Program-made: the position numbers and the translations under genes
Shown: in pieces, positions 1 to 10,729 of the stretch
How the letters are laid out: each line of letters starts with the position of its first letter
Position numbering within the stretch: the stretch's first letter is position 1
Origin: a virus
Taxonomy: Duplodnaviria; Heunggongvirae; Uroviricota; Caudoviricetes
Virus record (IMG/VR): IMGVR_UViG_3300025765_000001
Direction: 5' to 3' (one strand)
Length of the DNA stretch: 64,000 nucleotides
The notes under the pieces: model-generated
Databases searched by the model: none
The model's input: only the letters and a program-made list of their open reading frames with translations
What the model was told of the DNA's origin: nothing

Positions 1-6
1 ATTGGG

Positions 7-309
7 CTAAGGAGGGGCTGATTTCCTCGATAAATCATACCCATACTTCTTCAATATGTATCTGATATTCCTCGGTGTATATCCTGTGATTTCTGCTATA
101 TCAGACACGTTATACGAAGACTGCTCTGCAACGAATTTCTCCACTAAATCAACTACAAGCCCATGTTTCGGAGCTTGTCGGGTGGGTTTGCTACCGTTTC
201 TACACAGAATACGGTAAATCTCTCCAATAGAAGTATTTGTCTGGTTGACTATATCCCTAACCTTTGCATCGGGATTACGGTACAATTCAATTACTTGTTC
301 TTCTACCAT
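7..309 (-). CDS. helix-turn-helix DNA-binding protein
   Basis: Two HTH-like segments (VRDIVNQTNTSIGEIYRIL; VSDIAEITGYTPRNIRYIL). Confidence 0.6.
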   Translation of the reverse strand: MVEEQVIELYRNPDAKVRDIVNQTNTSIGEIYRILCRNGSKPTRQAPKHGLVVDLVEKFVAEQSSYNVSDIAEITGYTPRNIRYILKKYGYDLSRKSAPP

Positions 310-317
310 TTTCCTTC

Positions 318-668
318 CTATCTAAGATATCGCCAGACGGTTCTCTCGCTGATATCGAGTTGAGTTGCTATATCGGGGGCACTCATTCCTTTGTCACGAA
401 GCTCTCTAGCCTCCACTGGCTTTCGTTTCGTGGTGCCGGGCTTCCTGCCGATGTAGACTCCTCTTGCCTTGGCCGCAGCGATGCCAATGGCCTGAAGGCG
501 TTTCTTCGTTACCATATCAGAATCGTGAACTTTGCCGTGACACTTTAGGCAGAGCGGCACGGTTCTAGTACCTCCCAAGCATTTTGGGACTACACGATGG
601 TCGCACTTAGCTGGTTTGCCACACTCGAAGCATTGTATAGCCATGCAACTAATCCCAATTGAGTCCAC
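318..668 (-). CDS. HNH-like zinc finger fused to resolvase-type C-terminal HTH
   Basis: CFEC..DHRVVP..GG..LCLKCHGKVH, then GIAAAKARGVYIGRKP and a terminal HTH; true start may be ~644. Confidence 0.6.
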   Translation of the reverse strand: MDSIGISCMAIQCFECGKPAKCDHRVVPKCLGGTRTVPLCLKCHGKVHDSDMVTKKRLQAIGIAAAKARGVYIGRKPGTTKRKPVEARELRDKGMSAPDIATQLDISERTVWRYLR

Positions 669-1659
669 CAGTTTGGTATTCAGTCACTCTGGTCTCGAAG
701 AAGTTTTTCTCCTTCGCCAGATCGGTACTCTGGGAGAGCCAAGGAAACGGATTTGGCGTCCCGAACATCTTTGGTAGTTCAAGTCGTTCTAGACGACGAT
801 CAGCAATGTACTCGACGTACTGGCCGAACTGAGCGGCGTTGATGCCAAGGAGTCCTTTCGGGCAGGCGTCGAATGCGTACTTCTTCTCAAGCATCACGGC
901 TTGATCGATCAGTTCACGAACTTCCGCTGCGAACTCCGGGGTCCATGCCTCTGGGCACTCTGCCTTGATCGTGTTGATGAGATCAACGCCGAAAGCTAGA
1001 TGCACAGACTCGTCTCGCATGATGAATTCAAACTGCTCACCTACCCCAATCATCTTCTTTTGCCTCTTCAGGGCGAGCATCATAGCGAATCCGGCATAGA
1101 AAAAAATGCCCTCCATTACCACATAGAAACCAATTAGATCACGGAGGAACATCTGCACGTCCTTGACGACCGGCTGGCCGTCCTTATCTACACGCACCTT
1201 GAACTCCGGGTCGAAGATCACTTTGGTCAGTTCTACCACAAAGTCATCCTTCTCCCTAATGCTAGGGATGTTGGTATACATCGTGTAGATTTCCTCCGGG
1301 TCGAATCCGAAGGTATCACAGCAGTAGATGAAGGTGTCTGTGTGAATAGCCTCCTCGAACGCCTGCCGTAGTAGATATTGGCGGCACGCCGGATCGGTTA
1401 TGTGGTTGTAGACGGCTAGGACGATGTTGTTCGCCGTCAATGATTCGGCGGTGGAGAAGAAGCCTAGATTCCAGAGAATCAGACGGCGTTCGTCCTCACT
1501 GAGCCGGTCGGACTTCCACAACTCAACGTCATCCTGCATGGGAATCTCTTCGGGCACCCAATTATTGGAGACGCCCGCCTTGTAGTATTCCCTGGCCCAA
1601 GGGTAACGGATGGGAAGAATCTTGTTCGGATCAGTTTTGTTGTTCGATAGCAGTCCCAT
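649..1659 (-). CDS. nrdB: ribonucleotide reductase beta subunit, class Ic (Mn/Fe)-type
   Basis: WVPEEI, GFFSTAESL, EEAIHTDTF, EGIFFYAGF, RDESVH, NFFETRVTEY motifs. Confidence 0.95.
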   Translation of the reverse strand: MGLLSNNKTDPNKILPIRYPWAREYYKAGVSNNWVPEEIPMQDDVELWKSDRLSEDERRLILWNLGFFSTAESLTANNIVLAVYNHITDPACRQYLLRQAFEEAIHTDTFIYCCDTFGFDPEEIYTMYTNIPSIREKDDFVVELTKVIFDPEFKVRVDKDGQPVVKDVQMFLRDLIGFYVVMEGIFFYAGFAMMLALKRQKKMIGVGEQFEFIMRDESVHLAFGVDLINTIKAECPEAWTPEFAAEVRELIDQAVMLEKKYAFDACPKGLLGINAAQFGQYVEYIADRRLERLELPKMFGTPNPFPWLSQSTDLAKEKNFFETRVTEYQTGGLNWD

Positions 1660-1668
1660 CTCGTCTCC

Positions 1669-4497
1669 TTATTGACAAGCCTCGCAGGTGGGATCATTGA
1701 GGCGGCAGAGCTTCACTGGCTCTTCTTTGATTGTTGGTTCGTCTAGTCTACCATTATCTCGTTTTTGTGTTAAGCCGTATTTGGCGTCGAGAGTAGACTT
1801 CTCGATCTGCGTCACGCCGAGTGTCCGCAGATAGTAGGTTGTCTTTAGTCCTAGCTCCCAGGCGTAGAGATAGAGGTCGTATAGCAGCTTGCCAGAATTG
1901 CCTTTCACGAACACGTTATGTGATTGGCTCTGGTCAATCCACTTGCCTCTAGCTGCCGTGATTTCCAAGGCACGTCTAGGATCGATCTCAAAGGCTTCTT
2001 TGTACTTCTCTTTGAGCTTGGCCGGAACGCCTTCGATGTTCTGGATCGAGCCATCGTGGTATTTGATCTGGTCGAGCATGTCCTTGCTCCACACACCCAG
2101 CTTCTTCAAGTCTTCTACAAGGAACTCGTTTACGACAGTGAATTCGCCACTCATATTCGACTTCACATAGATGTTCTTGAAGACTGGCTCGAAGCAAGGC
2201 CCTAGAGACCCGACGACGGTGGAGATCGTTGCAGTGGGGGCGACCGCCATCGTATTCGAGTTCCTCATGCCCTGTGCCTTGACGATCTGCTTGAGGGCAT
2301 CCCAATCCTGGCGTGTAGTACGTCCAACCTTGATTGGTATACCACGTTCCTCTTCGAGCAGAGCTACCGTATCGAGTGGAAAGATACCACGGTCCCACTT
2401 GGAACCAGTGTAGGTCTCATAGGCCCCACGCTCCTTCGCCAAATTAGACGAAGCAAGAATGGCGTGGTAGGCGATGTATTCCTGTAGCTCGTCTTGGAAG
2501 TCGAGCGAGTCTTCATAGTTGATGCCTGCCTCGAATAGCACGTCCTGCATCGCCATGATACCCAAGCCCACCGGCCTGTGCTTCAGGTTGGAGTGACGTG
2601 CTTCTGGGATCGGGTAGAAATTCAGGTCGATGACGTTATCCAGCATACGCATTGCCGTCACGATGACCGAAGCGAGCTTCTTCCGATCTATCTTGCCCTT
2701 CTTCACAAACGCAATGAGGTTCAGGCTGCCCAGGTTACATACAGCAACCTCGCCCAGCTTGATCTCGTTGGTCATGGCGTCCACGGCCCAGGTCTTTTTC
2801 CTAGTTGGGCTAGTATTCAGCGTGATCTCTGTGCAGAGGTTGCTGGAGTGTACGACGCCAACATGGTCCTGTGGGGAGCGAATGTTGCAGGGGTCTTTCC
2901 AGCAGAGCCAAGGATGTCCGGTCTCGAATAACATCGAGATCATCTTCTTGTAGAACTTGTCGGCATCGAGGGTCTTGGTCTTCTTGATCTTTCCCTTCTC
3001 GGCCTGCTTCTCGTAGTAGACGTATCGCTCCTCGAACTTCTTTCCGTAGGTGTGGTGAAGGTCTGGAACCTCGTCGGGCGAGAACAGAATCCACTTTCCC
3101 TTCTCACGAACACGCTTCATGAACAGATCGGGAATCCAGTTCGCCGTGTTCATGTCCAGGGTACGACGGCGTTCGTCGCCTGTGTTCTTCCTCAAGTCGA
3201 GGAAGTCTTCGATGTCCAAGTGCCACGTTTCTAGATACGCAACCGTGGCTCCACGTCGCTTACCGCTGCGATTGATGGCGACAGTTGTATCATTGGCAAT
3301 CTTCAGGAACGGGATCACGCCCTGGCTATCCACCTTGGTGCTGGCGATGAACGCACCGGTAGAACGGATGTTCGACCAGTCGTTGCCGATGCCGCCGCTC
3401 CACTTCGAGAGTTGGGCGTTGTCGCTGAAGCTCTGGAAGATATGGTGCAGGTCGTCATCCACGGTGGTCAGGTAGCACGAGCTAAGTTGCGGGTGCGTCA
3501 GACCAGAGTGAAATAAAGTTGGCGTTGAAGGGACGTACAAGAACTGCGACATCACTTCATAGAACTCAATGGCACGAGCTTCTTTATCCTCTTCGTTAAT
3601 AGCCATGCCCATAGCAACCCGCATCCAGAATGCTTGGGGCGTCTCAATATGGCGGTTGCCTAGCTTGACAAAGTAACGCTCGTAAAGCGTCTGAAGCCCG
3701 ATGAACTTGAAGAGGTTGTCTCGCTCAAGGACCAGGGCTTCAGATAGTTTGTTGAGATCGAACTGTAGTAGTCTCTCATCGAATGCGTTGTACTTCACAC
3801 CTAACTGGATGCCGTGAATGAAGGCATCTCGGTAGGCTTGTGTTGCTTCTTCGGTGCCTGTGTGCGTACTGACGCCGAAGACTTCCTTACGCAATCGCTG
3901 TTGGAAGATTCGGGCTGCCAAATAGCTATAGTTCGGTTCTAGTTCAATGAATGAGGTAGTTGCGAGCAGCAGTGCTTTATCGATTTCATCGGACTTGATG
4001 CCGTTGTAGATGTTCTTGACGGCTTCTTCAAAGACGGCTTCGACGTTGATGTTGTCGAGGCCGACCGCACACCGTTCGATGGTCTCCTTCACCTTCTTGT
4101 CGTTAAAGAGTACGGTCCTGCCGTCCGATTTTTTCACCATCAGCTTACGCAGGAAGGACACCTTCTTACGTTCTTCGGCAACCTTTCGCCTGCGTTCTGC
4201 TCGATAGAGAATGTAGGACTTGGCGACTTCGTACAAGTCGGCTTTGACTAGATTCTTCTCAACGATATCATGGATGTTTTCCACGTTGGGAGTGAATTCA
4301 CTGTCAGAAAAACGACCTTCGATTTCTGACACGATCTCGTCGGTGACTCTGACGATGACCTGGGTATCGATTGGTTTCCCGGCTGCGAGGGCGGCTCGTT
4401 GGATGGCTCCCTCGATCTTGGTTCGGTCGAACGGTACTACTTGACCGTCCCGTTTCTCGACCATCAATACCATTCCAGCATTGGTCGAATTAGACAT
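1669..4497 (-). CDS. nrdA: ribonucleotide reductase alpha subunit with two ATP-cones
   Basis: VEKRDG and VKKSDG cones, PSTPTLFHSG, SSCYL, SNLCTEI, APTATIS, KTTYYLR, C-terminal CxxxxxxCEACQ; start set at ATG 4497 after GAAAGGA. Confidence 0.95.
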   Translation of the reverse strand: MSNSTNAGMVLMVEKRDGQVVPFDRTKIEGAIQRAALAAGKPIDTQVIVRVTDEIVSEIEGRFSDSEFTPNVENIHDIVEKNLVKADLYEVAKSYILYRAERRRKVAEERKKVSFLRKLMVKKSDGRTVLFNDKKVKETIERCAVGLDNINVEAVFEEAVKNIYNGIKSDEIDKALLLATTSFIELEPNYSYLAARIFQQRLRKEVFGVSTHTGTEEATQAYRDAFIHGIQLGVKYNAFDERLLQFDLNKLSEALVLERDNLFKFIGLQTLYERYFVKLGNRHIETPQAFWMRVAMGMAINEEDKEARAIEFYEVMSQFLYVPSTPTLFHSGLTHPQLSSCYLTTVDDDLHHIFQSFSDNAQLSKWSGGIGNDWSNIRSTGAFIASTKVDSQGVIPFLKIANDTTVAINRSGKRRGATVAYLETWHLDIEDFLDLRKNTGDERRRTLDMNTANWIPDLFMKRVREKGKWILFSPDEVPDLHHTYGKKFEERYVYYEKQAEKGKIKKTKTLDADKFYKKMISMLFETGHPWLCWKDPCNIRSPQDHVGVVHSSNLCTEITLNTSPTRKKTWAVDAMTNEIKLGEVAVCNLGSLNLIAFVKKGKIDRKKLASVIVTAMRMLDNVIDLNFYPIPEARHSNLKHRPVGLGIMAMQDVLFEAGINYEDSLDFQDELQEYIAYHAILASSNLAKERGAYETYTGSKWDRGIFPLDTVALLEEERGIPIKVGRTTRQDWDALKQIVKAQGMRNSNTMAVAPTATISTVVGSLGPCFEPVFKNIYVKSNMSGEFTVVNEFLVEDLKKLGVWSKDMLDQIKYHDGSIQNIEGVPAKLKEKYKEAFEIDPRRALEITAARGKWIDQSQSHNVFVKGNSGKLLYDLYLYAWELGLKTTYYLRTLGVTQIEKSTLDAKYGLTQKRDNGRLDEPTIKEEPVKLCRLNDPTCEACQ

Positions 4498-4630
4498 GGT
4501 TATAACTTTCCTTTCATATACTTCCTTTATTCGGGACTGGTATGTAAGGTTATGAAGAACAAAATAAACACACCACTCCACTATTAAAGGAGAACCATCT
4601 AAACCCAGGGAAAGGAAGAGATTATAGCAA

Positions 4631-6628
4631 CTACACTAGCTTTGTAAAGCCATTTCGCTTGACTAGATTGATCTGCTTGTAGCCACTGAGCATGTCTAAT
4701 AAATCATGGTCGTGCGTGGTGACAAAGACCTGTTTTTCCTTGGCTAGTTCACAGATCATATTAAACACACCTTGCACTCCCATCGGATCGATATTGGTAG
4801 TTACTTCGTCTAAAAAGACGAGTGATGGTGACACACCAGAGTTCAACATCATCACGTATGCAAAGGACTGAGAGACAGCTAGATTGAGCCTGCGTCTCTC
4901 ACCACCGGACATTGCGTAGTATACGAAGGGGTCGCCATCAGGCGGATTCCTCTCGATAGTCTCTTCTAGCTGGTTATTAAAACACAGCCCGATTCGTCCG
5001 TCGATGAGGAATTGTAGCCAATAAGCTATTCTGCTGTTGAGTGCCGGAATGATGCCGTCGATCACGAACTTTCTGATGCCTTTGTCTCCAAAAGCCTTGA
5101 CCCAGAACTCGTAGTACGGCAAGTCCTTCTCAGCTACTTCTAGCTCAGCTTTCTTGGCTTGACATTCCGTATCCTTCGCTGCCGATTCTTGAAGAGCATT
5201 CTTGAGTATCTCGGCAAATGGAGATACGCCATCTATTTCTTCTTTGAGTTTAACGGTCTGCTTCTTCAGTTCCTCTACCTGATCTTCTAGTATTTTCTCA
5301 TGACTCAAAGCTTCCGGTTTTTGGACCTTGGATAGCTCTTGAATCTCATTCTTCACCTGAGCGAGTTTGTTAATAAGTTCCGTCTGCTTTGCGTCAGCTA
5401 CGGAGATGGCAGCTTGTAGCTGCTTCGCATGAGCATTTAGTTCGGTAGTCTCTTTGTTCTTTCGGACCAACTCTACTTCTAACCAAAGTAGTTTGGTCCG
5501 ATTCTTTTCTACACACTCTCTGGTATGCGTCACAAACTCGCCATAGTTGTCTTCGCTTACCTCGCCATGACATACAGGACACTTGCTGCCTTTCTTGGAT
5601 TCTAGAGAAGCAATGGCCTTCTCGCCCTTCTCTACATCGGCCTGACACGTCTCCATGAGTTGTTGGTCAGTTGCGATCTCCAGGCTAAAAGTGTGCTTTT
5701 GTTCTTTGATCGAAGTCAACTTGTCATTGGCCTCACGCAGAATTTCCTTGACCCTAGTAAGTTTGCTATTCAGGTCGGGGATAGAGGCATTGAGAGTAGC
5801 AATTTTATCTTGTGCCTCGTTGTAGCGAGACAACGCCAGCCCCAAGTCTGAAGCCTCTAGTTCTTGTTTCTTTGCCTCGATCCGTTGGTTAAGAAGTTCA
5901 AGATCATTCTTCTTCTTGGCCTTCCACTCCTTCTCTTGTTGTGCAACGGTGTCGGCCCGTTTCCGGCAGGCAGCTAGATCATCCAAAAAACGCTGATAGT
6001 CCCTTGTGATGTTGTCTACACTGTCCTTGTATTCGTTGCGACTCTTCTTGGCCGACTCAAAGTATTCGACATACTTATCGAGAGATAGCAAGTTCTCCAC
6101 GATCTTGCGTTTGGTTGGCGTATCGCATTCGAGGAAGGCACCGGCATTGTTGTCGGTAAACACGATGGTGTTCACGAACGTCTCATAGTTCAAGCCAAGT
6201 ATCCGTTCAATCTCACGCTCTGTTTCCGGCATCCCTCCCAGAGTGATCTCGGTGTTGTCATCCCAGATGTCCTCAGCACTTTGCCAGAGCCTCAGAAAGT
6301 TTGGCTTGCGGCCACGAATCACCCGATAGTCGTCCCACCGGACTTCCGTTTCTAGTTTCTTCGCCGACTTGTTGTTGATGACGTTATCGTGATTGATCTT
6401 CTTCGGCGACTTGATTGTTCTGCCAAACAAGGTATACACGATGATCTCTGGAAGAGAGGACTTGCCAACACCATTACTGGCAATCCTCTCCTCCTCGTCT
6501 TTAACGTCTTGGTTATCCCCACGGATCAAGATGATGTTCCCTTGCTTCTCTAAGTCGATCTCTATCTCGTCAGGTCCGAAGCACAAGAAGTTCTTGGCCC
6601 GAAGGTACTTGAACTTGAGATTCTGCAC
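4631..6628 (-). CDS. SbcC/Rad50-like recombination ATPase (T4 gp46-like)
   Basis: NGVGKSS Walker A, coiled coil with CPVC hook, MSGGE signature, FLDE, TTHD. Confidence 0.92.
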   Translation of the reverse strand: MQNLKFKYLRAKNFLCFGPDEIEIDLEKQGNIILIRGDNQDVKDEEERIASNGVGKSSLPEIIVYTLFGRTIKSPKKINHDNVINNKSAKKLETEVRWDDYRVIRGRKPNFLRLWQSAEDIWDDNTEITLGGMPETEREIERILGLNYETFVNTIVFTDNNAGAFLECDTPTKRKIVENLLSLDKYVEYFESAKKSRNEYKDSVDNITRDYQRFLDDLAACRKRADTVAQQEKEWKAKKKNDLELLNQRIEAKKQELEASDLGLALSRYNEAQDKIATLNASIPDLNSKLTRVKEILREANDKLTSIKEQKHTFSLEIATDQQLMETCQADVEKGEKAIASLESKKGSKCPVCHGEVSEDNYGEFVTHTRECVEKNRTKLLWLEVELVRKNKETTELNAHAKQLQAAISVADAKQTELINKLAQVKNEIQELSKVQKPEALSHEKILEDQVEELKKQTVKLKEEIDGVSPFAEILKNALQESAAKDTECQAKKAELEVAEKDLPYYEFWVKAFGDKGIRKFVIDGIIPALNSRIAYWLQFLIDGRIGLCFNNQLEETIERNPPDGDPFVYYAMSGGERRRLNLAVSQSFAYVMMLNSGVSPSLVFLDEVTTNIDPMGVQGVFNMICELAKEKQVFVTTHDHDLLDMLSGYKQINLVKRNGFTKLV

Positions 6629-6647
6629 TCTCTAGCTCCAAAATAGT

Positions 6648-6830
6648 TCAATGTGCCGCCTCGAACATCTTCATCAACTCGACACGATCTATGCCCAGAA
6701 GGACACAAACCACGCCTGGAAGCAACCTCCCCTTTTCATCGAAACACTCGTTCTTCTGGTTTGTCAGAGCATCTACCAGAGGAGCGAAGCCGGATGATCG
6801 GAAATGGTTGCAGATGTCGAGATGCGTCAT
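6648..6830 (-). CDS. hypothetical protein
   Basis: Short ORF packed between operon genes. Confidence 0.45.
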   Translation of the reverse strand: MTHLDICNHFRSSGFAPLVDALTNQKNECFDEKGRLLPGVVCVLLGIDRVELMKMFEAAH

Positions 6831-7220
6831 CTAGAACTTCTTTCCGTGTCGGTAGGGGCGAGTGAGGTTGAACTTGTGCTTGGCAATGACTGCCTCGGCT
6901 ACCCGTAACCCTCTCGCCTGGGCGAAGTCGAAGATGCGGATAACGCAGTCGGCTAGCTCGGCCTCGACGCTGCTGAACTCTGGAATCTTGTCATCAGAAG
7001 GATTGCCGTGACGCATTGCTTCCAGGGCTTCGCTTAACTCTGAGTGCATGAGAGCAATCTTCTCGGCGTCGTTGACTTCTCCTTCCCAGAAACCGTTTCG
7101 CACGGCCAGATCGTACATCTGTTTGGAAACAATCTCCGTAGCGACAACGAATTGCAACTCGGCAACCTCGACCGCCTCCTTTTTCTCCTTCTCGCTGAAA
7201 CCTAATCCTATGCCGTTCAT
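6831..7220 (-). CDS. MazG-like nucleotide pyrophosphohydrolase
   Basis: LMHSELSEALEA..EAELADCVIRIFD..N..RPYRHGK. Confidence 0.8.
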   Translation of the reverse strand: MNGIGLGFSEKEKKEAVEVAELQFVVATEIVSKQMYDLAVRNGFWEGEVNDAEKIALMHSELSEALEAMRHGNPSDDKIPEFSSVEAELADCVIRIFDFAQARGLRVAEAVIAKHKFNLTRPYRHGKKF

Positions 7221-8299
7221 GCCTGTTCCCCTTTCCGTTCACAGATAGCTTGTCCGATTTCAATAAGCTTCTTCTTCTCTAGCTCGCCCAGCCCGACCGT
7301 CTTCTCTACTTCTTCGACAAACTTAACGGTCATCTCGTTGGTCTTAACTAGAAGTTGCTTGCCATCCAGAATGGACACATCGGTGTCTTCTTTAATGACA
7401 GGCTTGATCTCTAGACTGCCCATCTTGTGTTCATGGAGCAGGCTACTACGAACCTCGGTGAGATCAGAAGCAGCGATGTCGTCTACAATAACACGAATGA
7501 AGTTTTTGTCGAGGGCATATTTCTTCACGTCAGCTAGCGGCACTATAAAATGCTGCGGGCTGAATGTATTGCGAATGTACTCCTTCTCTCCGGTGTCAGT
7601 ATCGTAGACAATGATATGCTTGTGCTGGAATGCTTCTCCAAAATTCAACTGTAGCGGGGAACCGACGTACTCTACGTTGAAGTCTAGCTTTTGTTCTGCA
7701 TGATAGTGTCCAAGGAAAACTTGGTCCCAGCCTCGGAAGATAGACGAATCTACTTTCACCATATCTCCGTCGTGTTCTATTGAAACATCTGCGGTTGTGC
7801 CGTGCATGACGTTCCAAATAGCACCGTGAATTGCCACATGCCCGAACAATACCCGGTTATCTTCCTTGATCTTGATCTTCTTCAGGTCTTCAATCGGATT
7901 GCGAGTGTATGGCAGAAAGCCAAAGACCTTACCGGCTATACGGTGGGCACTAGGCTCGTCTATGACGCAAAAGCCTTCAATTGCACAGAGCGGGATGACG
8001 CTAGACACATCCCACTTTTCGTTGTACCAAAGATCGTGGTTTCCTAGAAGGGTGTGGAAACGTAGATTGTCAGGATTCAGGTTCTTCCTGAAAATCTCGA
8101 AAGTACGTTGGTAACTCAGAACGTCTATCCTTTGCCGGTCGTGGAATAGATCGCCGACAAAGACGATATCTTCAATAGAACGCTTCCGAGCAGTAACTAG
8201 CACCCACTCTAGCACTTCGAGGCAGTGGTAGAGTCTTTCTACAGACCTCTTGTGCTGGGCGACGTGTAGATCACTGAATATAAGAATTTTGCCCATCAC
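7217..8299 (-). CDS. SbcD/Mre11-like nuclease (T4 gp47-like)
   Basis: SDLH, GDLFH, GNHD, GHYH, GSP metallophosphoesterase motifs. Confidence 0.92.
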   Translation of the reverse strand: MMGKILIFSDLHVAQHKRSVERLYHCLEVLEWVLVTARKRSIEDIVFVGDLFHDRQRIDVLSYQRTFEIFRKNLNPDNLRFHTLLGNHDLWYNEKWDVSSVIPLCAIEGFCVIDEPSAHRIAGKVFGFLPYTRNPIEDLKKIKIKEDNRVLFGHVAIHGAIWNVMHGTTADVSIEHDGDMVKVDSSIFRGWDQVFLGHYHAEQKLDFNVEYVGSPLQLNFGEAFQHKHIIVYDTDTGEKEYIRNTFSPQHFIVPLADVKKYALDKNFIRVIVDDIAASDLTEVRSSLLHEHKMGSLEIKPVIKEDTDVSILDGKQLLVKTNEMTVKFVEEVEKTVGLGELEKKKLIEIGQAICERKGEQA

Positions 8300-8376
8300 C
8301 TGCTTCCTTTCTCGTCTAAAAGAGAAAGGAGACTAGCAAATGATGGGCAAGTTGTCCAGATAGACTACCTCGCCTA

Positions 8377-8814
8377 CTATACAGGCGGCATACCAACCGG
8401 GGATGGCGTTGGCAGACCTCCAGGCATAGCACCGCCTCTGGGTCCAGGCGGAACACCCATTGATAGAGCGGGCATCGGCGGAGCCACCATAGGCATTGGT
8501 AGAGCGGCGGGCATAGCTGCTGGTGCTGGAGCAGCAGCCTCTTCTGCTTCATCTTGTTCTTGTTCTACAGGTTTGCCGCCGAGCAATCTTTCTAATACAT
8601 CCCAGACGCCTAGAGGATGCAAACGCATTGGGGGTCCGCCTCCTACACCGCCAGGAGCGGGGGCACCGGGTATCGGTGGGGCACCGCCTGGAAGGGCACC
8701 AGGAAGTCCGAGCGGGGCACCGCCTGGAGGGGCACCAGGAGGGGCCATCGGTGGAGCAGCAGGAGGGGCGGGCGGGGCCTCCTCCATCATCACGTATTGC
8801 TGAAATGTTCTCAT
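8377..8814 (-). CDS. Pro/Gly/Ala-rich protein with capsid-targeting-like N-terminus
   Basis: MRTFQQYVMMEE followed by low-complexity sequence. Confidence 0.6.
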   Translation of the reverse strand: MRTFQQYVMMEEAPPAPPAAPPMAPPGAPPGGAPLGLPGALPGGAPPIPGAPAPGGVGGGPPMRLHPLGVWDVLERLLGGKPVEQEQDEAEEAAAPAPAAMPAALPMPMVAPPMPALSMGVPPGPRGGAMPGGLPTPSPVGMPPV

Positions 8815-8969
8815 CGTACCTTATATAGATGCGGAGACCACATGTTTATCGCAGGAGGCATATGTAAAACAACAATTCAATACTACACATCGTTATCGCC
8901 GCAGCTATTGCCTTTGCACTAGGATGGTTTTGCGGTCAGCAATATGAGAAGAAAAACAACCAGAACACG

Positions 8970-9311
8970 TTGCGGATCGACGTGCCTGGAGTACAATACG
9001 AACGCAAACTCTCGCAACCGCCATCGCAGAATTCCGAGAATTTCTCGCAAAGAATACGTGTTTGGCCGTTTGTAGATATAGAAAAAGTCGCTCTCATCGT
9101 TATATTTCTTGCGATAGTCGGCCTAGCACTATTCCACAAAAGGGACGAGGTTCAAGTACAACCTGGGTCTGCCCAGCCGATCATCATGAACCAGAATCAA
9201 CCACCTGTGATAGTGAATCCGCCACCGAGAAACTGCCCGTCGCATGTTTGTCCGCCGCCTCTCAACATCCAGATCAACCGTTCCTCAAAACCTACCAAAA
9301 TCTCACAGTGA
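8970..9311 (+). CDS. membrane protein, C-terminus interrupted by IS end
   Basis: One TM segment (VALIVIFLAIVGLALF); last codons lie in the IS right end at 9278. Confidence 0.45.
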   Translation: MRIDVPGVQYERKLSQPPSQNSENFSQRIRVWPFVDIEKVALIVIFLAIVGLALFHKRDEVQVQPGSAQPIIMNQNQPPVIVNPPPRNCPSHVCPPPLNIQINRSSKPTKISQ

Positions 9312-9689
9312 GAGATTTTGTGTTTGATTCTCACTTCTCCAACGACCACCTGCCAATTTCTTAGCATGAACTTTATCATCTCCATGAGTGTTAATTCCCG
9401 TTGAACTGACGGTATTTCTCAAATTACACGCAGCATTCAAGTCCCGATCCATCTCAAGACCGCAGCCGCACTTGTATGTCCTCTCGGATAGTTTCAGGTC
9501 TTTCTTGATCTTTCCACAAGCTGAACACATCTTACTTGAAGGAAAGAACCGATCTACAAACCTAACCTCGATGCCAGTCCAACCAGCCTTGTATTCTACC
9601 TGTCTGCGAAACTCTCGCATGTTGGCATCGTGGATAGCTTTCGCTAACTTGTGGTTCTTGGTCATGCCGCTTACATTCAGGTTTTCCAT
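9278..9689 (-). mobile_element. tnpB: tnpB 3' remnant with IS607-like right end
   Basis: ENLNV..EFRRQVEYKA..FFPSSKMCSACG..CGCG..DRDLNAA; ends GTAGGTTTTGAGGAACGG. Confidence 0.85.
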
Positions 9690-10027
9690 CGATCGAAAGC
9701 ATCTACCAACTCATGAAGGATCGGACGCTTGCCGTCGTCAGATGTAGATTCGGCCTTTCCCGAACGGAAGACCTTGGCGATGTCCTTGGCTAGTGCAACT
9801 GGCTTGATGCCATTGACGACGGGCATACAGTTGACGATCTCCTCAAAGGAGAGACCAGCTAGACGCCCTTCGTTTGTTGCACCGCTGAACTTGAGACAAG
9901 TGATGAACTTGGTCGGGTCGATGTAGCCTTCTGGTTTGGTTTCTGAAGTGCTTGACCTAGGCTGGATAGCCTCGTTGTGTTCTTGGACCAGTGCGGACGC
10001 ACGATCTAATTTGTCTTGGTAAGATAT
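9677..10027 (-). pseudogene. truncated hypothetical gene with ATA in place of ATG
   Basis: 117-codon open frame (SYQDKLDRASALVQEHNEAI...) after RBS AAGGAAA; fused into the tnpB remnant. Confidence 0.45.
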
Positions 10028-10329
10028 GATAGTTTTCCTTTCTTCTACTTACTTCTACTTCGCAGCCGAGTGCTGCAACTCTTGGCGGTACTTCCCGCCA
10101 TTTAATATAGTAGTCTACCATAAAAAATTCCCGGTCAAGATCATTGACCAGGAATTCTATAGTTATCTACTAATTTCCAACCGGAAATGTGGATTTCCTG
10201 GTCGGGCTTGGCATCCATCTCTATACCCTCTCATGTAATTTCCATCGTTTCTGTAGACGGGTGGGCGGTGGTTGAAACCGTCGTTGTAACCCATCTGGTA
10301 CATGGCACGGTGGTTAGGACTGGGGTAGC

Positions 10330-10690
10330 ACCTCAGCCGACTGATAGTTCAGCCGGATCGTATCTGAGTCCGTGGGCTTTACTTCCGAGCGTTCCGCCCG
10401 TAGTTGTACTTGATGTTCTCGTACTCCTTGCCGTCGCTATCAACGACGAGAGTTTTGATGCCAAGATCGACTCCAATCACGTTGTCGTTTGGTGGCAACT
10501 GCTCGACGTTCTTCTCTACCAACAACATACATGTAATGTAAGTGCGTCGGATTTTAGAGACGATTTTCAGGAAATCTTTGCGGATGGTGTTTTTGTCCTA
10601 TTTGACCAAGTGTTACTCTGCTTCAAAAGGACTGAGTTTTTCGAGGCGATCTTTAGCCCATCGCCTTCATCCCCTCCCCTAAAGGGCTGG
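10330..10690 (-). mobile_element. tnpB: internally deleted tnpB (IS200/IS605) remnant
   Basis: NVIGVDLGIKTLVVDSDG RuvC-I motif joined to a TnpB-like tail; IS605-like end sequence CCCTTTAGGGGAGGGGATG; boundaries approximate. Confidence 0.65.
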
Positions 10691-10729
10691 TAGGCAGTCT
10701 CCCTCGCTCCGCTCGGTCGCTTTGCCTGC

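Noticed and set aside
649-4497. Introns or inteins in nrdA/nrdB
   Set aside because: Both ORFs are continuous; the extra nrdA length is explained by two ATP-cones
8523-8922. Plus-strand ORFs over the Pro-rich gene (likewise 34167-34650)
   Set aside because: Antisense shadows of GC-rich low-complexity genes whose minus-strand frames have the promoter motif and targeting peptide
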